A stretch of 38,250 nucleotides of DNA, from the IMG/VR virus record IMGVR_UViG_2687453297_000004, one strand, 5' to 3'. Below the pieces are notes generated by a model that saw nothing but the letters and a program-made list of their open reading frames with translations, searched no databases and was not told where the DNA came from. Within the stretch, counting starts at the first letter, position 1, and every line of letters begins with the position of its first letter. Below are positions 26,284-36,512 of the stretch, one piece after another. The position numbers and the translations under genes were made by a program. The stretch is from a virus (lineage: Duplodnaviria; Heunggongvirae; Uroviricota; Caudoviricetes).

Positions 26284-29200
26284 ATGTCGGGACAGTTTTC
26301 AGTCGGCGTTGTTATCGGCGGGATGATTGGCAGCACATTCCGTTCTGCAATGAGCGGTACCCGCCGTGCGCTTGATTCCCTGAGCGATACCTCACGCCGC
26401 CTGCAGGAACGTCAGAACGCTTTAACCCGTGCAACAGAACGTTATGGTCAACTGGGTTCTTCCCGGATGCAGCATCTCAACAGCGAGCTGCTGCGGGTAA
26501 GCCGCACCATGGAGCAAATTGAGCGCCAGCAGCGCCGTCTGTCAGCGGCATCCGCTACCAGTGATGCGCTGAAAGCTAACCGCATGGCGCTGTATGGTCA
26601 GGGGATTGAAGCGTATGGCATGGCACAGACTGTTTATCATACGGTTTCCCCTGCCGTTCAGCAGTCCATGTCTTTTCAGGACAAAATGATTGATATGTCG
26701 ATCACCGCAAAATATGACAATAAAACGCGGGATGCACTTGCCGGACAGATAAAAGGCTGGGCGCTTAAATACAATCAGTATCAGGATGAGCTGCAGGAGG
26801 CGGTGGGTTCACTCATCAGCGACAATATTGATAATGTGTCAGATATCGGTTTTCTGATGCCGGATATTGCCCGCGCGACAACGGCAACACGCACGTCTGC
26901 TCAGGACTGGGCAAAAGTGGCCGCAGTCTGGCAAAACTCCCTGAAAGGTGCGGCCAGAGATTTTGGTGCCGTTCAGAATATTATGGCTTATGCCGGTGAC
27001 CAGGGGTCATTTGAAATCCCGGATCAGGTCAAGTGGATGCAGTCCCTGGCCCCAATGATGGCGGGTATTGCCAGTGGAAAAGAGGCTGTTGCTGAAATCG
27101 GGGCCAGTCTCCAGATAGCAAAAATCGGTGCAGGTTCCACCGACGAAGCAGCCAATAATTTTAAAAACTTTCTTACCAAAATTTTTGCCCGCGATACTCA
27201 GAAACAGTTTGCTGATCTGGGTATTGATTTGCAGGGATCTATTGCGAGTTATAAGGCTGCGGGGATCTCTCCGATTGAAGGGATGTTGAGTGTTATAGAA
27301 CGTTACCTCAATGCCAAAAGCCCCGAAGCGCTGGCCGGCTTCAAATCCGCCATGAAAATAAAGAATGATACGGCAAGAGATGAGGCACTTCAGGCTCTGG
27401 CGAAAAACTTTGGTCTGGGTGATATGTTCGCGGATATGCAGGTCATGGCATTTATCCGCCCGATGCTGGCCAACATGGACAGATATCGAGAGATCCGTGC
27501 CGGTGCTCTCAGGGCTGCGGATAACGATTTGCTTGCCAGTGCTTACGATCAGCGACTGAAATCTCCCCTTGAAGCCACTAAAACACTTATGGTCAGCAGT
27601 CGCGATCTGGCAATTACGCTGGGCGATCAATTAGCTCCATCTTTTATTTCTTTGACTCAGGAACTGCTTCCACTCATTCAGGGGGCAAAACACTGGGTAG
27701 CGACTCACCCGCAATTTGTCAGTGGGGCTTTTAAGCTCATCAGTGCGCTCCTTGCGATTAAGATAGCGACTGTTGGTCTCAAACTGGGGCTGAATCTCCT
27801 TATTTCCCCCTTTGTAAGTGTCTGGAAAAATGCTGTTTTACTCCGGACCAACTGGCATCGACTGACTACCGCACTCGGAGAAGGTGGCAAATTACGCTGG
27901 CTTGTCACTGGATTCAGCCGACTGACCAGCGGAGGACTGAAACTCAGCAAAGTTCTGGCGGGCAGCCTCGTTCGCGGTTTTATGAGCGCTGCACGTGCCG
28001 TTCTCTGGATTGGGCGAGCGCTGATGATGAATCCCATCGGTCTCGTTATCACCGCTGTCGCGGCAGCAGCTTACCTTATCTACCGCAACTGGGGGCTGTC
28101 AGTGGTTGGTTTAAACAGCGCTGGGCTGACATTCAGGAAGCCTTTAACGGCGGCATTGTGGGAACTGGTAAGTTGCTGATTAACTGGTCGCCGGCAGGCC
28201 TGCTCTATAAAGCCTTTGCGGCTGCGCTGAAATATTTCGGCGTTGCTCTGCCGGCAAAGTTCACCGACTTCGGTGGCCATCTTATCGACGGTCTGATTAA
28301 CGGTATCAAAAGCAAATGGGGGTCGCTCAAATCCAGTGTAACCGGAATGGGTGACAGCATCAGTAGCTGGTTTAAACAGCGCTGGGCTGACATTCAGGAA
28401 GCCTTTAACGGCGGCATTGTGGGAACTGGTAAGTTGCTGATTAACTGGTCGCCGGCAGGCCTGCTCTATAAAGCCTTTGCGGCTGCGCTGAAATATTTCG
28501 GCGTTACTCTGCCGGCAAAGTTCACCGACTTCGGTGGCCATCTTATCGACGGTCTGATTAACGGTATCAAAAACAAATGGGGGTCGCTCAAATCCAGTGT
28601 AACCGGAATGGGTGACAGCATCAGTAGCTGGTTTAAACAGTGCTGGGCTGACATTCAGGAAGCCTTTAACGGCGGTATCGCGGGAACTGATAAGCTGCTG
28701 ATTAACTGGTCGCCGGCAGGTCTGCTCTATAAAGCCTTTGCAGCTGCGCTGAAATATCTTGGTGTTGATCTGCCGGCAAAGTTTACCGACTTCGGTGGCC
28801 ATCTTGTCGATGGTCTGATTAACGGTATCAAAAACAAATGGGAGTCGCTCAAATCCAGTGTAACCGGAATGGGCGACAGCATCAGTGGCTGGTTCAGCGA
28901 AAAGCTGGGCATTCATTCGCCGAGCCGCGTGTTTATGGGCTTTGGTGACAATATCGCGCAGGGGGCCGCCATTGGCCTGCAGCGGACCACTCCGCTTGCA
29001 GCTCTGGCCGGGCAGCGAATGGCCAGTGAACTGCTCCCCAAAATGCCCGTGAGCATTCAGGGGCCAGAAATACGGGATAACACTTCAGGTGTTCGCTTCA
29101 GTATGCCGTTGCCCGATATCAATGGGTTTATGTCGTCTGCTAAAAATGCGATCGGAGCCGTAATCAATAGTTTGTCTTCCATGCCCGCTATTCCGCTCTC

Positions 29201-29495
29201 CACCCGGGCATCGATTTTACCAGGGCAACGTCTGGCAAATGAGATGACACCGGATGTTCCCCGTATCCCCTCGCCTGAAATCCTGGCTGCCGGATATTCA
29301 GGCCGTGGTGCAGCTGCAACCGGCGGTGGAACGTCTGGTGGTATCCAGGTCAGCTTTAATCCTCAGTTTTTCCTCAATGGCAGGGAAACCACAGCGCCTG
29401 CAGGACTGACTGGTGCCCTGAATATGAGTCTGCATGAGCTGGAAAAAATGCTGGAGCGTCTGCTGGCTCAGAAACAACGTAAGGAGTACCGCTGA
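26284..29495 (+). CDS. Tail tape measure protein, interrupted by an apparent frameshift at a G5 run (28091..28095)
   Basis: ORFs 26284..28179 and 28158..29495 are in different frames; the protein-like reading switches frame at TGGGGGCTG, and one extra G would fuse them in frame; the C-terminal part contains three tandem 87-aa repeats. Confidence 0.7.
28098..28892 (+). repeat. Three tandem copies of a 261-bp (87-aa) coding repeat within the tape measure gene
   Basis: Near-identical units starting about 28110, 28371 and 28632; matching antisense ORFs at 28205, 28466 and 28727 are spaced exactly 261 bp apart. Confidence 0.9.
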
Positions 29496-30379
29496 TGTTT
29501 GCCGTACTGGGTGATATTGAGTTTGAGCTGATTACCTACTGGGACGGCTTCGAGGCCACGTTCGGCGTCGATTATGCGGAGCATGCCCGCATCGGGGGTA
29601 AGCCTGGCCTGCAGTTCGTCGGCGACAGGCTGGACGAAATCCAGATAACTCTGGTTTTCCATCAGCATTATTGTGTACCCGATGTGGAGCTGGCGAGACT
29701 GCGAACAGCCATGAAAGCCCATCAGGCACTGGCGCTGGTCTTCGGCAACGGTGACTATCGCGGCTGGTTCGTGATTACCGATGTGACTGCAACCAGCGAG
29801 CAGACTGACAGTACCGGCAACGTGCTGGCTGTCAGTGCCACCGTGTCTCTCCGGGAATACACCGGTGACCCGAAAAATCCTCTGCAACCACCGGCAATAC
29901 GCACGAAGCTCCCGGGTGTCGGGGCGGTCTCCGGTGCCATTCCTTCACCTTCCGGGGTGGCGCAGTTCATCCGCAACGGCGTCAACTATGCGAAACAGGC
30001 GCAGTCTGTACTCCAGACCACTATCAGCGCCGTTCGGGTGACACAGAAAATGAAGGATAACCCCGTTGTCGCACTGACCCGTGTGCCGGGGCTGATGAGC
30101 GGACTGGGTAATATCTCCGGGGCTCTGGGGAAAAGTGTTCCGGCGTTTAACGCACTCTCTGAATCCATGCCCGATGCCATCAGTCTGGCCAGAACAGCCA
30201 GCGAAGCAGCCACGTATGTACAGCAGGCACAGTCTGCGCTGAGTGGTGTGGACAAAAGAAATATTGCAGGTGCTCTGGATACCGTTTCCGGGCAGCTTAA
30301 CGCCGTCGGAACAGCATTCAACCGCATGTCTCCGGGATTAAGTGCAATGGCCGCCAGAATACTGACGAGGAGTGTGTGA
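29495..30379 (+). CDS. Tail protein (gpU / DNA-circulation N-terminal domain-like)
   Basis: 294 aa; ATGA overlap with the tape measure stop; assignment mainly from its position in the tail module. Confidence 0.55.
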   Translation: MFAVLGDIEFELITYWDGFEATFGVDYAEHARIGGKPGLQFVGDRLDEIQITLVFHQHYCVPDVELARLRTAMKAHQALALVFGNGDYRGWFVITDVTATSEQTDSTGNVLAVSATVSLREYTGDPKNPLQPPAIRTKLPGVGAVSGAIPSPSGVAQFIRNGVNYAKQAQSVLQTTISAVRVTQKMKDNPVVALTRVPGLMSGLGNISGALGKSVPAFNALSESMPDAISLARTASEAATYVQQAQSALSGVDKRNIAGALDTVSGQLNAVGTAFNRMSPGLSAMAARILTRSV

Positions 30380-30591
30380 TGTTTCTTGAACATGTTACCC
30401 GTGACGGAGAGCGCTGGGATTCGCTGGCATGGCAGTACTACGGTGACCCGCTGGGCTATCCCCGGATTATTGCCGCCAATCCGCACGTGGCCATCACGCC
30501 GGTGCTGCCCTCCGGGCTGTTGTTACTGATCCCGGTGATTGAGGCTGAAGAAGCCCGTACAGAAGAGGATATTGCCCCATGGCTGAGATAA
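30376..30591 (+). CDS. Tail protein X-like
   Basis: 71 aa; resembles P2 gpX-like small tail proteins; lies between the gpU-like and gpD-like genes. Confidence 0.6.
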   Translation: MMFLEHVTRDGERWDSLAWQYYGDPLGYPRIIAANPHVAITPVLPSGLLLLIPVIEAEEARTEEDIAPWLR

Positions 30592-31733
30592 ACAGCACTG
30601 CGCAAGTCACATCAGCGTTAACCGGCGTCAGCGATGTGCTGACACCGGTGTTCACTCTGTGGTATCTGCAGAAAAACATCACCTCTGATATCGCGCCTTA
30701 TGTCACCCGTGTGACCTGGAGCGATAACATCAAAAATGAGTCCGATACCATTGAGGTGGAGCTGGACGACACCGATGGCCGCTGGCTGGATAAGTGGTAT
30801 CCGGGCAAGGGTGACACGCTGACGCTGAAAATGGGCTATCAGGGCGAGAAGCTGCTGTCCTGCGGTACGTTCTCTATAGACGAGATCGAAGTGAGTTCGC
30901 CCGCTTCCGTTGTTTCTATCCGTGGGGTGGCCACCTCGGTTAACAGTGCCCTGCGGACTAAAACCAGTCGTGGTTTTGAGAACACCACGCTGGCAGCTGT
31001 TGCGGGGCGGATTGCCAGAAAGCACCGACTGAAACTGGTGGGCAGCATTGAGTCCATCAGAATCGACCGGGTGACCCAGTATGCTGAAACCGACGTGGGT
31101 TTTCTGCGCCGGCTGGCCAGCGAGTATGGTTATGCAGTGAAAGTGGTCAGTGACCAGCTGATTTTTTCTCATCTGGCCACACTGCGCAGTCAGGAGCCGG
31201 TCAGGCAGTTAAAACCGCAGGATGTGGCCCGCTTTTCCCTGCGTGACACCATCAACCGGGTCTATAAATCTGCAAAGGTAAAACACCAGAAAAGCAGCAG
31301 TAAAAAACTGATCGTCTACGAAGCTGATGGTGGTACCCGTGAAAGCGACAAAAAGCTCAAAGGTGGTAAGGTTACCAGCGCTGACTCACTTAAAGTTAAC
31401 AGCCGCGTCAGCGACCCGGACAGTGCCCGGATTAAAGCGGATTCAGCACTGGCCAGACATAACGAATACCAGCAGAACGGCTCCCTGACGCTGACGGGAA
31501 CACCTCAACTGACAGCAGGCAACAAAATTGAACTGGTGGGTTTTGGGCAGTTATCCGGGCCATGGCTCATAACCACTGCCCGCCATGCGTTTGACCGTAA
31601 CAGCGGCTACACCACAGAGCTGGAAGTGGCACGGGGGCCAGTCACAAGAGGGAAAAAACAAAAAACTCAGAAACTCACGGTTTATCACCCGGATGGCAGT
31701 ACATCGACGGTGATTAAGGAGAAGAAAAAATGA
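30579..31733 (+). CDS. Late control protein D-like tail/baseplate protein
   Basis: 384 aa; resembles the P2 gpD family; upstream of the spike gene. Confidence 0.7.
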   Translation: MAEINSTAQVTSALTGVSDVLTPVFTLWYLQKNITSDIAPYVTRVTWSDNIKNESDTIEVELDDTDGRWLDKWYPGKGDTLTLKMGYQGEKLLSCGTFSIDEIEVSSPASVVSIRGVATSVNSALRTKTSRGFENTTLAAVAGRIARKHRLKLVGSIESIRIDRVTQYAETDVGFLRRLASEYGYAVKVVSDQLIFSHLATLRSQEPVRQLKPQDVARFSLRDTINRVYKSAKVKHQKSSSKKLIVYEADGGTRESDKKLKGGKVTSADSLKVNSRVSDPDSARIKADSALARHNEYQQNGSLTLTGTPQLTAGNKIELVGFGQLSGPWLITTARHAFDRNSGYTTELEVARGPVTRGKKQKTQKLTVYHPDGSTSTVIKEKKK

Positions 31734-32326
31734 CTGGTGTCACTCGTCAGGTCGGTACGGTCAGTGCCGTTGATGCCGACAGGGTTCAGGCCCGCGTTCG
31801 TCTGCCTGAATGCGATAACCTGCGCACAAACTGGCTTAACGTGCTGCAGCGCAATACCCAGGATAACAAAGATTACTGGCTCCCTGACGTGGGGGAGCAG
31901 GTTGAGGTGCTGCTCGATGCCAACGGCGAGGATGGTGTTATTCTGGGCGCGGTGTATTCAGACGTCGATAAACCACCGTTCAGTGACAAAAATATCCGGG
32001 GAACCCGGTTTGCTGATGGTGCAGAGTACAGCTACAACCGGAAGACGCACACTCTGACCATCCGGGGCGGCATTGAGCATATTGTCATTGAGTGTGGTGC
32101 TGATGTGGTATTGAAAACACAGAAAGCCACGATTGACGCACCGGAAACCGAACTTACCGGAGATCTGCGTGTCAGGGGTAAGCTGATTTACGAAGGAGGC
32201 ATGGCGGGTTCTGGTGGTGAAGGTGTTACCGCGACCATCCATGGCAATATCGAGATTAAAGGGAATGCCCATGCCACGGGCAGTATGTTGTCTGATGGCG
32301 AAAACTCCAGCCACCACTCCCACTGA
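31730..32326 (+). CDS. Baseplate spike protein (gpV-like)
   Basis: 198 aa; N-terminal region and position consistent with a P2 gpV-type baseplate spike. Confidence 0.7.
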   Translation: MTGVTRQVGTVSAVDADRVQARVRLPECDNLRTNWLNVLQRNTQDNKDYWLPDVGEQVEVLLDANGEDGVILGAVYSDVDKPPFSDKNIRGTRFADGAEYSYNRKTHTLTIRGGIEHIVIECGADVVLKTQKATIDAPETELTGDLRVRGKLIYEGGMAGSGGEGVTATIHGNIEIKGNAHATGSMLSDGENSSHHSH

Positions 32327-32380
32327 GCTTTTTAAACGCCTTTAATATCAGCGTTCCCGCACGGGGGCAATACTGCCCCC

Positions 32381-32728
32381 ATGAAAACAACCTCAGTATT
32401 CTGGCAACCAGCCCTGCAGGCTCCCGGCGAAATTGTCCGGGGGCTGGATGATATCCGGCAGGCGATTCAAATTATCCTGCGGACTCCCCGCGGCAGCGAC
32501 CCGCATCGCCCGGAGTTCGGCAGCAATCTGCATCTTTATATCGACTGGCCTGTAGACCGGGCCATTCCGCATGTGGTGCGCGAATCCGTCGATGCCATCC
32601 GGCGCTGGGAGCCCCGCTGCCAGCTTATGTCAGTTAAACCCGCCGTCGACGGCGAACATCTTACGCTCCGGGTGAGCTGGAAAGGCTCAGACGGACAGAC
32701 CCGGACTCAGGAGCTGCTATGGCGCTGA
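32381..32728 (+). CDS. Baseplate wedge protein (gpW / T4 gp25-like)
   Basis: 115 aa; pattern IRQAIQIILRTPRGSDPHRPEFGSNLH typical of the gpW/gp25 family. Confidence 0.7.
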   Translation: MKTTSVFWQPALQAPGEIVRGLDDIRQAIQIILRTPRGSDPHRPEFGSNLHLYIDWPVDRAIPHVVRESVDAIRRWEPRCQLMSVKPAVDGEHLTLRVSWKGSDGQTRTQELLWR

Positions 32729-33822
32729 CAGAACCCGATTTTATTGAACGCGATGCCGACAAAATTACGGCAGAAATGATTGCGAAGTATGAAGCGGATA
32801 CCGGCAAAACGCTGTACCCGGCACAGGCAGAACGTCTGCTGATTGATCTGTGGGCCTATCGCGAAATGCTGGTCAGGGTTGCGGTACAGGAGGCAGCAAA
32901 GCAGAATCTGGTCGCCTTTGCCCGTGAGCCGATGATTGATTACCTCGGTGAACTGGTTGGTGTATACCGTCTTGCCGCGCAGCCTGCCACCACCACGCTC
33001 CAGTTCTCCGTAGATGAGGCACTGGCCATTGATGTGCTGATCCCGGCAGGCACCCGCGTCAGCGCTTCCGACAGCGTTATTTTTGCCACCGATACAGATG
33101 TGGTACTGAAGGCCGGATTGCTGCTGGTCAATGTCACGTCCACCTGTACCGAACCCGGTACCGCTGGTAACGGCTGGCAACCTGCGCAGGTCAGTCAGTT
33201 ACTCGATGAGATTGATAACGTCGACCTGCTGGTGAGCAATCTGACGGCCAGTTCCGGCGGTTCAGAACAGGAAGACGATGACAGGCTCCGGGAGCGTATC
33301 AGGCTGGCCCCGGAGTCATTCACCAATGCCGGAAGCCGTGGCGCATACCGCTTTCATGCCATGCAGGCCCATCCCAACATTGTCGATGTTGCTGTGCTTT
33401 CCCCGGTTCCCGGGACCGTAGATCTGTATCCGCTGCTCAGTACCGGTCTGCCGGACGGCGGTGTTCTCACGCTGGTAGAGAGTTTCTGCTCTGATGAGAA
33501 AGTCAGGCCACTCACTGATACAGTGCGGGCTAAAACACCAGTGAAGGTGGATTACACCATTGAAGCCAGGATTACGATCTATCGTGATCAGGATGCCAGG
33601 TCTGTAAAAGATGCCGCTAACAGCGCCATACAGAACTGGGTGGCATCACGTGCCGCCACGCTGGGGCGCGATATTGTCCCCAGCCAGATTATCAGTGCAT
33701 TGTCCGTTTCCGGGGTGTACCAGGTTGAACTGGTGACACCGGCACTGCGGGTGGTGGCAGAAAACGAATGGGCAAACTGTACGGCAATCACTCTTAACAT
33801 GACTGGAGTGTCTGATGACTGA
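32719..33822 (+). CDS. Baseplate J-like protein
   Basis: 367 aa; follows the gpW-like gene with overlapping start. Confidence 0.7.
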   Translation: MALTEPDFIERDADKITAEMIAKYEADTGKTLYPAQAERLLIDLWAYREMLVRVAVQEAAKQNLVAFAREPMIDYLGELVGVYRLAAQPATTTLQFSVDEALAIDVLIPAGTRVSASDSVIFATDTDVVLKAGLLLVNVTSTCTEPGTAGNGWQPAQVSQLLDEIDNVDLLVSNLTASSGGSEQEDDDRLRERIRLAPESFTNAGSRGAYRFHAMQAHPNIVDVAVLSPVPGTVDLYPLLSTGLPDGGVLTLVESFCSDEKVRPLTDTVRAKTPVKVDYTIEARITIYRDQDARSVKDAANSAIQNWVASRAATLGRDIVPSQIISALSVSGVYQVELVTPALRVVAENEWANCTAITLNMTGVSDD

Positions 33823-34393
33823 GCCATTACAACTCCCGCCACCGCTTGAGGGTGATATCAGTCTCAGGACGCTGGGAAGACTGGCAGGACGGCTGGATAA
33901 CATCGACCTGAGCGTACTGATGGTCTTTCTCGTCGATATCGTCGACAGTTCCGCGCTGCCATGGCTGGGCGAGCAGTTCTCACTGTCTGGCGATGGCTGG
34001 GAGCTGGCGGAATCGGACGGTGTTCGCCGCATGCTTATAAAAGCAGCCATCGAACTGCACCGGTATAAAGGGACGCCGTGGTCAATCCGGGAAGTTATCC
34101 GCCGTTTTGGCTTTGGTGAAGTGGATCTGATTGAAGGCACAGGTCGTCTCAGTTACGACGGCAATCGCAGCTATAACGGACTGTTTGTTCATGGAGATGC
34201 AGCCGCCTGGGCAGTTTATCGCGTTATTCTGAAACAGCCCATTACTAACGATCAGGCCGCGATGCTGCGTCAGACGCTGGCTGCATTTGCACCGGCCCGC
34301 TGCCATCTGGCCAGCCTGGAGTATCAGTCTGTGGCCATTCGCTATAACAATACAGCCATCCATGATGGCAGTTATAACCACGGGAGCAGTTGA
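33815..34393 (+). CDS. Tail protein (P2 gpI-like baseplate component)
   Basis: 192 aa between the J-like and tail fiber genes. Confidence 0.6.
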   Translation: MTEPLQLPPPLEGDISLRTLGRLAGRLDNIDLSVLMVFLVDIVDSSALPWLGEQFSLSGDGWELAESDGVRRMLIKAAIELHRYKGTPWSIREVIRRFGFGEVDLIEGTGRLSYDGNRSYNGLFVHGDAAAWAVYRVILKQPITNDQAAMLRQTLAAFAPARCHLASLEYQSVAIRYNNTAIHDGSYNHGSS

Positions 34394-35991
34394 TTATGGG
34401 AAACCTGAATGAAACAGAAAAGTGGGAAGAAAATATCTATCAACTGGAGACATCAGATCCGGTTCTGGGTGGTGCAGACGGGATATCAAATCGAGCCCCC
34501 CGGCAACTGGCAAACAGGACGAAATGGCTGAAGAAGAAAACGGAGGAAGCCGCACAGTCACTGGCTGAACACGTACGTTCCCGTAACCACCCGGACGCGA
34601 CACTGACAGCTAAGGGGTTCACCCAACTGAGCAGTGCCACCAACAGCACCTCTGAAACGCTGGCCGCCACACCAAAAGCGGTCAAGGCTGCATACGACCT
34701 GGCAGCCGGCAAGGCGCCTGCCAGCCACACTCACCCGTGGAGTCAGATAACGGGAGTGCCTGCGGCTTCACTGACGGCAAAAGGCACCGTACAACTGAGC
34801 AGCGCCACGGACAGTCAATCAGAAACTGAGGCTGCCACGCCGAAGGCTGTGAAAATCGCGTATGATCTGGCCCGGGGAAAATACACAGCCCAGGATGCAA
34901 CAACGACCCGTAAAGGGATCGTACAACTGAGCAGTGCCATCAACAGCACGTCTGAAACGCTGGCCGCCACACCAAAAGCGGTCAAGGCTGCATACGACCT
35001 GGCAGCCGGCAAGGCGCCTGCCAGCCACACTCACCCGTGGAGTCAGATAACGGGAGTGCCTGCGGCTTCACTGACGGCAAAAGGCACCGTACAACTGAGC
35101 AGCGCCACGGACAGTCAATCAGAAACTGAGGCTGCCACGCCGAAGGCGGTCAAGGCTGCATACGACCTTGCAGCCGGCAAGGCGCCCGTCAGCCACACTC
35201 ACCCGTGGAGTCAGATAACGGGAGTGCCTGCTGCCTCGCTGACGGCAAAAGGCACCGTACAACTGAGCAGTGCCATCAACAGCACGTCTGAAATACTGGC
35301 CGCCACACCGAAAGCGGTCAAGGCTGCATACGATCTGGCAAACGGAAAACAACCGGCAGATGCCACGCTCACTGCTCTGGCAGGACTTGCCACTGCAGCA
35401 GATCGGTTGCCTTATTTTACCGGAGCAGACCGCGCAGCGCTGGCAACCCTTACAGCTATTGGTCGCGCTATTATCGCTAAGGGCAGTATAAAAGATGTCC
35501 TCAATTACCTTGGTTTGGGGGAAGGCTCGGCGCTGCCCGTTGGTGTACCTGTTCCGTGGCCCACTGCCACACCGCCAGCAGGCTGGTTACAGTGCAACGG
35601 AGCTACGTTCACCAAAGAACAATATCCTGTTCTGGCCAGAGTCTACCCGACCCTCCGTCTTCCCGATTTGCGCGGTGAGTTTATCCGTGGATGGGATGAC
35701 GGACGAAAGATTGACACCGGGCGTGCCCTGCTAAGCAGCCAGAGCGGAATGATTGAGAAACACCGTCATATTGTTGTTGCCAATGATGGTTACGACACAA
35801 AAGATGAATGGGAACTGGCTGCGATTTTCAAAAAAACATACACACAAGGACGAGGACTTGATGCCACAAATACAGGAGGGAGTCTGACCCCATCACCAAC
35901 ACTTCATTCGCGAGGGAGTATCGGTAATACTGGCGGGAGGGAAACCCGTCCACGAAATATTGCCTTTAACTACATTGTCAGGGCGGCCTAA
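34390..35991 (+). CDS. Tail fiber protein (constant N-terminal part, internal fiber repeats, currently fused to C-terminal cassette 1)
   Basis: 533 aa; five copies of the motif VQLSSAxxSxSETxAATPKAVKxAYDLA; C-terminus PRNIAFNYIVRAA; a conserved linker (VPVPWPTATPPAGWL...) recurs in two downstream cassettes. Confidence 0.8.
   Translation: MIMGNLNETEKWEENIYQLETSDPVLGGADGISNRAPRQLANRTKWLKKKTEEAAQSLAEHVRSRNHPDATLTAKGFTQLSSATNSTSETLAATPKAVKAAYDLAAGKAPASHTHPWSQITGVPAASLTAKGTVQLSSATDSQSETEAATPKAVKIAYDLARGKYTAQDATTTRKGIVQLSSAINSTSETLAATPKAVKAAYDLAAGKAPASHTHPWSQITGVPAASLTAKGTVQLSSATDSQSETEAATPKAVKAAYDLAAGKAPVSHTHPWSQITGVPAASLTAKGTVQLSSAINSTSEILAATPKAVKAAYDLANGKQPADATLTALAGLATAADRLPYFTGADRAALATLTAIGRAIIAKGSIKDVLNYLGLGEGSALPVGVPVPWPTATPPAGWLQCNGATFTKEQYPVLARVYPTLRLPDLRGEFIRGWDDGRKIDTGRALLSSQSGMIEKHRHIVVANDGYDTKDEWELAAIFKKTYTQGRGLDATNTGGSLTPSPTLHSRGSIGNTGGRETRPRNIAFNYIVRAA
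34621..35340 (+). repeat. Near-identical 300-bp tandem duplication inside the tail fiber gene
   Basis: 34621..34856 and 34921..35156 are almost identical by direct comparison; a partial third unit follows to about 35340. Confidence 0.85.
35498..35523 (+). other. Candidate serine-invertase crossover site (gix/hix-like), site a, inside the tail fiber gene
   Basis: ...ACC TT GGTTTGGGGGAA at the 5' boundary of a homology block of about 190 bp shared with the inverted cassette at 37410..37606. Confidence 0.45.
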
Positions 35992-36008
35992 ACGTTGGTT
36001 TAGGAGAA
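35983..36008 (+). other. Candidate crossover site b (direct orientation relative to site a)
   Basis: CCTAAACG TT GGTTTAGGAGAA with imperfect dyad CCTAAAC/GTTTAGG, overlapping the tail fiber stop, at the 5' edge of cassette 2. Confidence 0.4.
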
Positions 36009-36029
36009 GGCTCGGCGCTACCCGTTGGT

Positions 36030-36512
36030 GTGCCTGTTCCGTGGCCCACCGCCACACCGCCAGCAGGCTGGTTAAAGTGCGACGGGCGCGCCTTTACAAA
36101 AGAACAATATCCTGTTCTGGCCAGAGCCTACCCGACCCTCCGTCTTCCCGATTTACGCGGTGAGTTTATCCGTGGATGGGACGACGGGCGCAAAGTTGAT
36201 ACAGGACGTAAGTTGCTGTCCGCACAAGGGGCAACGCTGTTAAGAACAGCAATGCTGGATTATTATAACCAGGACACTACGGGAACCTCGGGGATAGTCG
36301 GCATGGGATTCAACAATGAAGATTCCATTACAGACCTTCGTGAGGGCAGCTTTAAAATGCCGGACGGGACAACATTCAGCGATCCTGTCGTGGCAATGTC
36401 AGACAATGGTATGCAGGCTACTATTCTGACCTCTATCAGAAGCGGGTATGCGAAGGGTATCACTGTCAGACCCCGTAGCATTGCACTTAATTACATTGTG
36501 AGGGCAGTTTAA
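36030..36512 (+). CDS. Alternative tail fiber C-terminal cassette 2 (no independent start; frame open from about 35970)
   Basis: Begins with the conserved linker VPVPWPTATPPAGWLKCDG...LRGEFIRGWDDGRK, then a divergent distal domain ending SIALNYIVRAV; its stop overlaps the start of the tail fiber assembly gene. Confidence 0.6.
   Translation: MPVPWPTATPPAGWLKCDGRAFTKEQYPVLARAYPTLRLPDLRGEFIRGWDDGRKVDTGRKLLSAQGATLLRTAMLDYYNQDTTGTSGIVGMGFNNEDSITDLREGSFKMPDGTTFSDPVVAMSDNGMQATILTSIRSGYAKGITVRPRSIALNYIVRAV

Noticed and set aside
28098-28892. Possible CRISPR array (regularly spaced repeats)
   Set aside because: The repeats are 261 bp long, directly tandem with no spacers, and maintain an open reading frame inside the tape measure gene, which is not CRISPR architecture.
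28080-28916. 278-aa minus-strand ORF with internal repeats
   Set aside because: Antisense shadow of the tape measure tandem repeats; its periodicity reflects the 261-bp repeat and not an independent gene.
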